From Raillietiella orientalis (taxonomy: Eukaryota): a DNA stretch of 64,000 nt. The position numbers and the translations under genes were made by a program. The stretch spans positions 62,001-126,000 of the forward strand of contig JAYWIR010000049.1 in assembly GCA_036172245.1 (NCBI GenBank), read 5' to 3'. The stretch's first letter is position 1. Every line of letters begins with the position of its first letter. Under the pieces are notes generated by a model, which made no database searches, was not told the origin of the DNA, and saw only the letters and a program-made list of their open reading frames with translations. Shown here one piece after another: positions 24,152 to 35,200 of this stretch.

Positions 24152-27100
24152 TCACCCGGCTACGCCCGGGCGTTTATTCATAAACTCGACATGCGTGGTA
24201 CAAAGCCCCACCACGGCCGTAAACACAGGACCTGTCGAAACTGCGGGACGCAGCCCGGCGTGGCACTCCCCGACAGCAAAGGGGGATGGGGATAAGACAA
24301 AAAGAAAAGATAAAAAGAAACAAGCAAAAAGAAGCTGGAGGGCAGGGAAGGGATCACTGGTCGCTGTGAGGAAGGGCCATCCGTCGAACGAAGCACTCGA
24401 GCTCTGTCTGCATATTCCCCAGTTGGGGCCATCCGGCAGCTCTTCGCAAGAAGCTTTGGGCATACGGGATGACATCCCTCGCCTGTGGAGCCACTCCTTC
24501 GTTGTTGGCGTCGCTGCATGCCGCCACGATGCCACGGACGCAGCACAAGGCTGCGATGGCTGCGGCTGGCTGCAGTGCGTCCTTCACGAAGAGGGGCCGA
24601 GGAAAGTCTCTGGGGGTGCTGTCTGTAGGGAGCCCGAGGGTCGTCCCGAACCATTCCCAAAGTGGTCGGAGGGCTGCACAATCCACAATAAGGTGAGGGA
24701 GAGACTCCCGCTCCCCGCACCTGGCACACGCATGATCCAAAGCTCCGCTCGTCCAGTGAAAGCGGCGCGCGTTGCAGGGTAGACCCTAGTGCAACAGGAG
24801 CAACGCCGACTCATGCCACTTGAAGGGCAGGATCCTGGATTCCTTCATCACCGAGGGCCACTTCAGCTCATCCCTGGGGATGACGAGCAGCTCGCCCCAT
24901 CTTAATAATCCTCGCGGCTGGAAGCTCGGGGTCGTGGCGTCGGCCAGTTCTCCTGTTGTCCAGCCGTTAATCAACTTCTTGCGTCCCTCGATGCAGCAGG
25001 GGACTTGATACCTTGGCGTCCGGCTGCTGTGAAGTGCCATCCTCAGGAAGGGCAGCGCCGAAGATAGGCAGGTCGTCTCTGCCCTCGTGCATATTGCTGG
25101 ACTCTCCAGGAGAATCCGCAGCGTGCAGCGGGCGTAAAGGCTGCATCGGAGACGATTCCACGTTCCGTGGCTCCTCTGGTTAACCGCTGCCCACGTTCCG
25201 ATATTCTACTACAGTCAGGCGGGGGAGTTGGCGGGGCAGCAAACCATCCAGCTGTTCTCCTTGGCCAATGTTTCCATGCGCCCGAGCAGTAGGCCGAATC
25301 GTCACATCTTCCGGCAACGGCTCAGAAGAAAAGATGCGAGTATATCGCACCCGGACACACGGCTGGCCAGGAGGCGGGCCGGAGTGCACCAAGGGGTGCT
25401 CCACATCTTCGCTGCGATGGCAAGCGTTCGCCACCGCAGCAGCTTCTTCACGCGCTCCAGCGTCAGGAGGCCAAGACAGCCGTCCCGACGCGGAGCGCAC
25501 AAGTCCTTCAGAGGGACTCGGGGCCTCCCCTTGTCCCAAAGGGCGATACGGAGGAGGTCCTTCGTCCTCTTCTTGGATTCCAAGGTGGGGGGGCAAACGA
25601 AAAGCAAGGGGCGGAGGATGGGGGCCGCAAAGGCGTTCCAAACCGCGGCCCGTTCCGGCAAGTGGAACTTGCCTTCCAGGAACGGGCCTATCGCCGTCTC
25701 GACTTTTTGAAGGCAGCAGGACCACGCTTCCGCAGGGAAGTAGTCCCCCAACGGCACACCAAGGTACTTAAAGCACTTCGCCGAGGGGATCCCCAGACGG
25801 AACCAGTCCTGCTGTCCTTCCCACGCCGCACCTATTGGCACAACCGACGACTTCGCGCTGTTAACCTGCAGTCCGGTCCCGCGGCTGAGCAGATCGCAGA
25901 AGTGTCCGACCGCCTTTGCCAGGGTGGACATTGGCAACAAGAGCAGAAGATCGTCGGCGTACGCTGCTACGGCGGGCGTGCCGGGGCACGAGCTCGGCAA
26001 TGGGGCCAAAGTCATCCTGTACGCTCTCAGCACCAGCTCAAAGTAGGTGCTGAAGAGCAGGAGGTTGAGGCTATCTCCCTACCTTATGCCCCGCCGCACC
26101 GGCACGCCATACACTCTGTAACCACTGAAAGAGACGGTAATCATCGCATTCCGCCAGCAAGAGCGCAAGTAGGAAATCAGGGAGGGTGGGAAGCCCATGC
26201 GACCCAGAAGCTCCAAGAGGAGTTCCTGGTTTTCACAGTCGAACGCTTTGTGGAGATAAACTGCGAGCGTTAGGGCCTGTTCCCCCGCCCGGGGCTCCCT
26301 TCCCAGTCCGGCTGGCGGCCCCAATGTGGGGTTGCCGACCTTCCCTATCCCTTTCTTCTCTCTTCTCTGCAGGTGCACCCATGTGCTTGCGAAGAAGAGT
26401 TTGGCATCCATACTTCGCCCGGGAACAGCATAAGTCTGCTTCGGAGTAATTACGGATTCTGCCACCTGCCCCAGACGGGAAGCCCATACCCTGCTATCAA
26501 CTTGGCGTCCGTATTTACGATCGTGATCGGAAGCCAGTTTTTTAAATTCCTGAGGTCTCTTCCTTTCGGAAGGAGCCTCACTCTGGCTGACCGAAACGAG
26601 GCGGGAACATCGCCTTCGTCTCGGATCAGCCTGATCAACTTGAGCAGCAGGGGTGCCAGCTCTTCCGCAAAGCTCTGAAAGCACTATGCGGGCAAGCCGT
26701 CTTCCCCTGGAGCTTTACGCCTCTTGATTCCTTTGATACCGGCGAGATTTTCGCCAGTGGTAAAAGGCTCGTCGAGGTTTTCCATCTCCTCCTCCCCTAT
26801 TGCCAGGGCGCCATCCGGAATCAAGCGCCGAGAGTCGTTTCGATTGGGGGCTCCCTGGCGTAAAGCGAGGAATAAAAACTCCGCACTAGATGCCGTACCG
26901 ACGCCGGGGACGAACATTCCCGGCCCTGGTCGTCCAGCCAGCTGGCCGACCCAGATTGCCAGGCTTGGCGTTCGGCCTCGGCGCGGTACTCGTCCAGGCG
27001 ACGGACATTAGGAGTTCTCTCTAACCTACGAGCCTGTAAGTAGGCCGGATGGTTGCGAGGACCCTCGACGAATCCGGGGGGAAGGCGGTCCAGGGGGAAC

Positions 27101-27490
27101 TGCTCGCAGAACTCTCGGACAGATGCCTTGAGTAGGTCCAATACAGAGAGATTCTCGAGTGTGACGCCTCTCAGGAATTCGCGAAGGTATTCCTTCGCCC
27201 CTAAGAGTCGCATCCAGTCCCCCGGCAGACGCCAATCCCTAAATGGCGGTCCCTTGTTACGAGACCGCATCTCGCAAATTAACCGGGAATGGTCCGACAA
27301 CGTCGACGCAACCCTCCCCCGTTTGCCGACCCGTGAACACAGGTCAGCGTTGAGGAAGACGTAGTGGATGCTGCTGACCATTCCACTCTCACCCGCGAAC
27401 AAGTTGCGCGCACGCATGGCAGTGCACAACTCGTTCATCGCGTTCTTTTGTGTTTCAGGCTCACCTGTTACCAGAAGGAGATTGAAATTT
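24152..27490 (-). mobile_element. Lineage-B element B4, 3' part (EN C-half, RT, 3' terminus)
   Basis: FNL..GEPETQ.NAMNELC continues the EN left at 38905; LHKAFD, YADD; terminus at 24152-24178. Confidence 0.88.
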
Positions 27491-27491
27491 A

Positions 27492-29641
27492 TCTCCCGGT
27501 CACGCCGGGGCGTTTATTAATAAAAATAAACTGGTCAGGGACAATGTCTTTAACCAACAGTACGACAGGGAACATAGAAAAATTACCGCCACGCAGGCCT
27601 GGTAAACAAATCGCTCGCAGCGTGGGAGGAATGAGGGGAAACAAACAAAAATCAAAAACTGGAGTAAAGGGTAACAGGTTTTAGGATAGGCTTTGTACTC
27701 ACGGGGATTTATACGATGAGCACCTGAAATCTTCAGGAGCCTATGGGGACGCGGGTGTAAAAAGAAAATACAAAATTAGTTTATGGAGGGTAGGGCAATG
27801 ATCACCGTGTTGGCCGCTGCTCAGCGTGTGTAAACCGGAGGTGTATTGCGGCGAGATTCCTTTTTGTCTCCTTGTCAAATGAGACCATCTAGCGGATGCT
27901 CCCATGTAGAAGGATGCTTTTCTGATTACCTCTTGGTGCTATCCGTTGATTACCAACGACTGGCAGACGGAAACTATCGCGCGTATGCAACCGATGGTTG
28001 CAATCCTTGCGCAAAGAGACAGCCCGCTCGGCGTGAAGAATCGTCGCAGAAGTCTCTTGCGGTGTCCACGGGATGCATTAGTGCAGTAGCCAGCCTACGC
28101 CACAGTTTTTGTAGGACACCGCAGTCCAGAACCGAACGCAGTTCGCAGACGCAAGTCCCCCGGAGTCACGATGCCAACGCTCGTTTCACTGAAAACCCCA
28201 GCAAACGAAAAGCAACACGGCTTGTTTTCAAGCAAGGGGGAGCAGCGAACTGTCAATACACTGTGGAGGGACTACAAGTTCTTCGGGGGTGACAGCAAGT
28301 TCTTCTGCCCACCGGACGAGTCCCTTTGCAGTAACAAGATAAGTGGCGGCGTCCGCCAACTCACTCGTGTTCTAGGCGCCAAGGAGTTTGGTTTTTCCCA
28401 CTATCGTGCAAGGAAACTTCCACTTCGCCGGTTGGTAATTGTCCTTTCTTGCCCTGAGTGCAGACAGCGCTGCGGCAAGAGGCGTGGCAGCCAGGGTAGA
28501 AAACTTCACCTCGTCCTGCAATACTTCTTCCAAGGATCGTAAAAAAAATTGGCGCAAGGGGCGAAGATCTTCAGGTCGTATTCCTTGGAACGTCGCCCAG
28601 GATTCAACAGACTCCTGCCGCCAAGCTTCAAAGTTCATTGGGCGGCAGGACATCCACGAGTGAGCTTCCAGAAGTGCGGTCAACTACCGCAATGGAATCC
28701 CGAAACCCTGCTTCCTGTATTGAGTACACGGCAAAAGCGAGAGAAATCCTCCGCTGCCGGCGCATCTCCGCAGGAGAATGCGGCCTGGCACACACAGGGG
28801 GGATGTCCATAGCTGGACACACAGCGCCAGCAGTCGGAACTGCACCTGCAGTCCGATTCGCTCCATTGTCAGGATACCCATACCAGCATCCCGACGCGGA
28901 GCTAACAAATCTTTGAGGCGGATTCTGGATCTCGCCGGACCCCGGAAAACGTTCCTGTGCAGGCGATTAGCCAGCTGTCTTGCCGCATAGGGGGGGTCCA
29001 TAACAAAATACAGGGGATGGAGGAGGGGGGCCACAAAGGTGTTGCAAATAGTCTCCCGTTCCTGAGGATTAAACTTGCCGTTAATTAACGGAGTGATGGC
29101 CAACTTTGCTTTCTGAAGACAGTTTGCCCAAGCATTGGCTCCGTCAACAGCGCCCAACGGAACGCCAAGGTACTAAAAGTACCCGCCCGTGGGGATCCCC
29201 AGGCGGATCCAGTCGGACTGCCCCTCCCACGACGCACCCACAAGAGCAAACACGCTCTTCTCTCTGTTCAGGCTCACGCCCGCCCCCCGACGAATCAGGT
29301 CGAAGAAATCCTCGAAACTGGACGCCGGGATGGACATGGGGAGCAGAAGAAGCAGGTCATCAGCTTAGGCGGCAATGGCAGGCGTACCAGGGGAGTAGCA
29401 TGGCAAGTGAGACAGAATCAGCCTGCACGCTCTCAGCTCCAACTTAAAGAAGATGCTATAGAGCAACGGGCTTAAGCTCTCGCCCTGTCGGATGCCCTAC
29501 GCACGGGAATACCGTACACGCGGCAGCCGCTGAAAGTGATGCAGGTTAGCGAGTGGCGCCAGCACTCGCGCAAATACAGCAGGAGATGCGCCGGGAACCC
29601 TAGGCGTTCCATAAGCTCCAAAAGCAGCTTCTGGTTTACGC
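27492..29641 (-). mobile_element. Lineage-G element, 3' part (RT C-half to terminus)
   Basis: DCVNQKLLLELMERLGFP.., RIRLKDLLAPRRD; stop ~27802; terminus at 27492-27518. Confidence 0.82.
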
Positions 29642-29675
29642 AGTCGACCGCCTTGCGTGCTACAGGTTGGACGTG
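29640..29675 (+). promoter_or_regulatory. Putative internal Pol II promoter: Inr-like GCAGTC plus DPE-like GGACGTG at +28
   Basis: A at 29642 lies 27 nt before GGACG at 29669. GGACGTG (once GGATGTG) is found at all 9 clear 5' ends. Confidence 0.5.
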
Positions 29676-29751
29676 TTTTCTCGGTGCTCCTCGTGCCAGG
29701 AAGCCTCCCCCAGTGCAAGCGTCGTGCGGTTCGGTGGTCGATCAGGCAGCG

Positions 29752-31407
29752 ATGCCTGACGCGACCACCAGGGATGGCCAGGGGGTAACGCTGCCCTCAG
29801 AGGCGATGGAGAGCCAGGGGGCGGTGGCAACGTCGCCCACTGAGGCTTTGGAGGTGGGGGCATCCGCCCTCACAGAATCGGTGCCCGCTGCAGCGCGGGC
29901 GTGGAGCGCCGTTGTGTCGGCGCCATCGCCTGCAGCGGCGGCGGAATTGTCGGCCTCTGTAGAGGAGGGTTGTACCCCTCCTCTACAGAGGAGGGATGTA
30001 CAATTTATTATCTTTAGAGAGCGCGCGCGCCTTCTCGAAGGGCATGCGCGCTCTCGAAGAGAAAGAGGAGGAGCTCAGCGCTATGACCATCCCCAGCGGG
30101 GGTGAGTACGTTGAGGTCATCTGCAAACATGCAGAGCTGGCCCAACGACTGCTTAGAACCCCCGTTGTGATGAGGACGCGCAGGCTCCTCCCCACTACGG
30201 CGGACCGCAGCATGGTGGTCCACCTGTTAGGTGTTAAAGCGCGAATGCGCAAGGAACAGGTTCGCGCCGCGTTGGAGGAATACGGAACGGTCCACGCGCA
30301 GTGGACGAAAGTTGTTCCTTTCGAGGACTACACGGGGCTGCAACACGGCGTCACTGCTGCGCGCGTCACCGTTCGGGAGTGCTGCACTCTTCCCCACAAA
30401 CTGGTGGTAGAAGGCGAAACCGTCGACCTTTGGTATGTGGGGAAGCCGAAACACTGTGGCTTCTGCAATAAGTCGGACCAACTCAAAAAGAAATGTCCCA
30501 ATGTGCAGTGCCATGTATGCGGCACAATGGGTCACACGAGGGAGGTGTGCCCAAAAGAAGCAGTGCGGGTGGTTTCCAAGAGAAACCTTAAAAAACGCGC
30601 CCTGCTTTTGCTGAAAAGGCTGGCGGCGAAAGCTGCCGCGAAGGCTGTGTCACCCGCGCCCAAGACCCAGGCCGCAATCGAGACCCGGCGGCCAACGCCG
30701 GAAAAGTTGAGGAAGTCGGTCAGGAGACTGGGTGGCAAGTGGCAACGTCCAAAAAATCAAAGAAGCAGAGGAGGATGGAAAAGAAAATCGCCTTCCAACA
30801 GAAGAAGAAAGAGCAGGGTAGCGCGATAATTAAAGAGTTCAGCGTCGTTGTCAAACGCGTTCTCGATGTTGCCGAACGCTGCCGGGAAGAACTCCTTGCT
30901 ACCGATGACCTCCTTTCTGTTGACACTGTCAACAGCGAGGGGTGCGAGGCGGCGGCGGTGTCCGTCATCGACACCACCATCGATGACGTAGCCTTCGTGC
31001 GAGCCTCAGAGGAGCTGGTAGCTTCGGTGCAGCCAGAACTCTGCATGGCTGGCAAGAAGGCCATAAGGAGTCCGGCCTCCCCTCAGGAGTCCCACACTTC
31101 CGACCCCGAGGTGGCGGCCGGAAACGCCGACTCCGTTTCCACGGCACCGCGCAAGAAGTCTGGAAGTAAGTCCAGAAAGCCAAGGAAGCTCGTCTCCACC
31201 GTCGAAGGGGGAGAGATGGTTTCCGGAAGCGAGGGTGCCATGAGCGTGGGAAATTCTCGGGACCCGTCGCCCGAGAGACTCCCACGCACGGACAAGGAGG
31301 GGATGGAGGGGGTGGAGGCCAAACAGGTGCCTCAGGTGCCTGAGAAGGCCAAAACCTCCATCGACATCCCACCCGCCTCGCAAGAGGCGGGCTCTCCCAC
31401 ACCTTAA
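29752..31407 (+). pseudogene. A3 ORF1 (frameshifted)
   Basis: ORFs 29536-30105, 29996-30829 and 30739-31407 join; contains zinc knuckles. Confidence 0.85.
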
Positions 31408-31421
31408 TCCTCCCAGCAGTA

Positions 31422-34400
31422 ATGCCGGGAATCTCCTCCCGCCGTCGTCTGCGCATCGTCGTTTGGAACGTGAACGGCATGACAGACGCCGGCAGGACAC
31501 GAGACATGGCCGTTCTTCTCGAGTCCTACGACCTTGCGCTGCTGCAGGAGATCCACATGATCTCTGCAGAGCAAGTGCAACAGATCAAAGAGATCTCCGG
31601 TGGACGGCTATGGTACAGGTGTGGGAGAGCGGAAAGTTGCAGTGTCGCCTACCTGCTTCGGCCAGCCGTCGAGGCCGCGGCCCGGGGCGCACGGTTCGAC
31701 GATCACGGTGGTGTCGGCCAGCTGACTCTCAGGTGGTCCGACTCGATCGTTCTGATCGTCACGAAGGTGTACGCACCGAGCAGCAAGGACCTGATAAACA
31801 GGAGGGCGAGGAAAGAGTTTTTTCTTGCCCTCCGGCGAGACTGGCTGACCGAAGCAGGCGTGCGGAATGCCCATCTGGTTGCAGGCGATTACCAAGTTCG
31901 CCTGAAACCATATGGGCAGAATACCGAGCGTGACCTGGTCAACGAGGTGTGCATGGCGGTGCACACCTGGAATTTGTTGGTCAGTGCACCGGGGATGGAA
32001 GGCAGCATTGACCACGTGTTTCTTGACGAGAACCTGTGTCCTCGCGTGGGTAGGCGCGGCAAGTTACCGTGCGAGCTGTCCGACCATCGCCCGCTAGTCC
32101 TCGAGATCCATCCGCGCGACAAAGGCCCCCCCTCTTCAGCGTGGCGTCACCCAGGGGACTGGCTGAACTCCCGAACGCGGCGGAACATCTCCGCACGTTC
32201 ATGCGCAGCTTCAGGCTGGATTGGGACCGCTTCAAGCAGTCGGTCCAGGAGTTCTGCGACCAGTTCCCTCTGCACCGCCTACCTACGGGTTTTGGGATCC
32301 GGGTCCGTAACGAACGAGCCTACCTGCAGGCTTGTCGTTACGCCAGGACCCCCGACATCCGCAGGCAGGCGGAATACAAAGCGGGAGCCGAGAGGCAAGC
32401 CTGGCAGTCCGGATCGGCCAGCTTACTAGACGATCAGGGCCAGTAGCACTCGGCACCTACCCAAATCCACGGCCTGCTGCGGAGTTACTACTCCTCCCTG
32501 TATGCCAGTGCACTTCCGGAGAGGAACGTCTCACGACTCCTGCTTCCGGAAGGCGCTCCAGCGATCGAGGAGGAGCAGAGAAAGACCCTCGACGAGCCTT
32601 TCACGATGGACGAGATCCTCTCGGCCATCGGAAAGCTCAAGAGGCGAAAGGCTCCAGGGGAGGACGGCCTGCCCGCGGAGTTTTATCAAACTTTCGCAGC
32701 TGAGCTTTCTACCCTGGTACAGCAACTCACCTTGCTGATACGGGAAACAGGTGACGTGCTCGCCTCGTTTCGTTCGGCAAAGGTGTGGCTCCTCCCTAAG
32801 GGAGGAAATCTGAGGAGCATGAACAACTGGCGTCCCATCACAATAGTGAATGCGGACGGCATATTGATAGCCAAGATGTAGGCAGAGCGACTGGGACGGG
32901 TTGCCAACATCTTCATCAGCACGGAACAGACATATGCTGTTCCCGGGCGAAGCATGGAAGCGAACCTCTTCCACGCTTCCTCCTGGCTAGAGCTCCAACA
33001 TGAAAGAAGCTTGGTGCGCAGCCGGAATTGCGGGACGTGCGCCGGCAAGGAGTTGGATAGTCGGGTGGGGGAGGGAGCCCTTGTGGTCGATATCGAATTG
33101 CGAAAAGCATTCGATTGTGTCGAACAGAATCTCCTTCTGGAGCTTCTGGAACGCTTGGACTTCCCGGCCTCATTAGTGGTATATCTGAGCTCCTGAAGGC
33201 GCGACGCGCTCATCATTACTTTCAGCGAGCAGACCGTGCACGGCGTGCCGGTGCGGCGTGGGATCCGGCAGGGAGACAGCCTGAGCCCCTTGCTCTTCAG
33301 TACCTACTTTGAGTTGGTATTGTAACCGTACGGGGGATCTCTGGCGCACCTGCGGCACGACTGTGGCGGTACGCCGACCGTTTCAGCATACGCGGACGAC
33401 CTTCTGCTGCTGCTCCCTATGTCCACCCAGGCTGCGGCGGTCGAGGAGTTCTTCGACCTGCTGCATCGGGGAACCGAACTTAAGGTGAACAGGGCAAAAT
33501 CGTCCGTGATGCCAGTTGTTGCGGCCTGGGCAGAGCAGCAGGACTGGGTCCGTTTGGGGATCCCCACGGTGAGGTACTTCAAGTACCTTGGTGTGCCGTT
33601 GGGAGACTACTCCCCTGCGTTAGCGTGGTCCGGCCGCCTTCAAAAAGTAGAGACGGCCATCTGCCCGTTCCGAGGCGGCAGGGTTTTCCTCCCTGAAAGG
33701 GCCGCGGTTTGGAACACGTTCGCGGCTCTTCTCCTCCGCCACCTGCTTTTCGTTTGCCCCCCACAGAGAGGATTAAAAAGCGGACAAAGGATCTCCTCCG
33801 TATTGCCGTTTGGGGCAACGAGAGGGCCCGAGTCCGCTTAAAGGACTTGTGTGCTTCTCGTCGGGATGGTGGTCTGGGCCTCCTGACGCTGGAGCGGCTG
33901 GGGCTTCAGCTCCAGTTCCGCTTGTCGGCACACGTTGTAGAGTTGTGGTGCACCTGTTGGTGCGTCTCTGCACGTCTCCTTCTCCAGCAAGCCACCGGCA
34001 AGACGGGACTGACGTCGTTTCTTACACTCCGTCGCCGCGTCAACCGATGCGGACTCCAGCTACGGAGGGTGGCTGCGCTGTATCGCATAAACACAGAATT
34101 GCTAACTTGTCGCCCTTTGAACGGTAGTCCCTGGTTGCAGGAAACCGTTCGAACGTGGAAACAATACGGTATGCAACGCTCCCAACAGGAAAGAAGGTTC
34201 CTGTTTGGGGGTTACAGAAGTTGCACGCTTCGCAAGATCCTGGAGGATCCACAGAAGAGAGCGTTGGCAGGAAGAATCCACCTGGCTGCTGCGCTGCTCT
34301 CCCTGATAAAAGATCTGTACAGCGATGTTGCGGTGAAGTGGGTGGTTACAGTAACAATCTCCAGAAAGGAGAATAAGATAGGAGAGTGAAAGACGGGCCA

Positions 34401-34986
34401 GTTAACATACGCTGCGACCCCGAGTACGCCTCTCAATGGAATTTTGCGCTATGGCGCGCTGCTCGATGTTCCCATTGAACATCTGAAGTGGCCCACGGGG
34501 CTCATGAACACTTTCGCCCTTCCCTTCAAATGGCAGGAGTCCGTTCTTCTGTTGCAACACTGGGGACTCCCCTGCAACGCCCGCCGACACCACTGGACCT
34601 GGGGAGCGGTGGACCCCTATTGCGTCAGGTTTGGGGAACGGGATTCCCTTCCCCACCTGCTAGTGGATTGTGTTGCCCTTTGGCCCCTTTGGTTTCGCTT
34701 TGCCGCGGACATCGGAATCCCCTGCGGCTACCCCAGGGACGCACTGAAAGTCCTATTCGTTGCCAACGCCCTTCGGCCAGCGTCCTCGTTAGCAGCTTTG
34801 TGCTGCCTACGCGGGATCGTCACCGCTTGGAGCAAGGCTACGGGAGGACAACGCGACAAGGGTGCCATCCAGCCAGCCTCCCAGTTTCTGAGGCGGGCGT
34901 CCCGATGGCCCCACCTGGATCCAGGAATAAAGAAGGAGCTCACCTGCATCCTGCAACGGATGCAACGGCCCAACCAGCTGCTGTGA
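31422..34986 (+). pseudogene. A3 ORF2, APE-RT-CCHC (stops and frameshifts)
   Basis: MPGISSRRRLRIVVWNVNG, LQEIH, VYAP, SDH, KAPGEDGLP, WRPIT, RKAFD, QGDSLSP, YADD, KYLG. Confidence 0.9.
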
Positions 34987-35200
34987 TCCCTTCCCTTACC
35001 CTCCCAACTTTTCTTTTCTTTTTTGGTTTGTTTTTTGTTTTTCCCTTTTCCCCCTGCTGCCGTGGTGGACCGTTCACGTCTGCGAACCGGTGACCCGGCA
35101 GGCTCTGTGTTTCTTCGTGCGTGGCTGGAGCAATGGTCCAGCCACCGCACGTCTTTGTAAAAGTTATTTTGCAATAAACGTCCCAGCGAAATCCGGGTGA

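Larger units (their letters stand above)
29642..35200 (+). mobile_element. Full-length lineage-A element (A3), decayed, nested antisense in G
   Basis: GGACGTG at 29669; ORF1 and ORF2; terminus at 35173-35200; TCGA(C/A)CGCCTTG at both ends. Confidence 0.92.

Noticed and set aside
29669..29752. HDV-like self-cleaving ribozyme in the 5' UTR, as in R2 or L1Tc
   Set aside because: I could not fit the nested double pseudoknot by eye, and the 5' UTRs differ between lineages. A motif search would be needed.
29642..35200. LTR or DIRS-type retrotransposon
   Set aside because: There are no long terminal repeats, and I recognise no protease, RNase H, integrase or tyrosine recombinase motifs.
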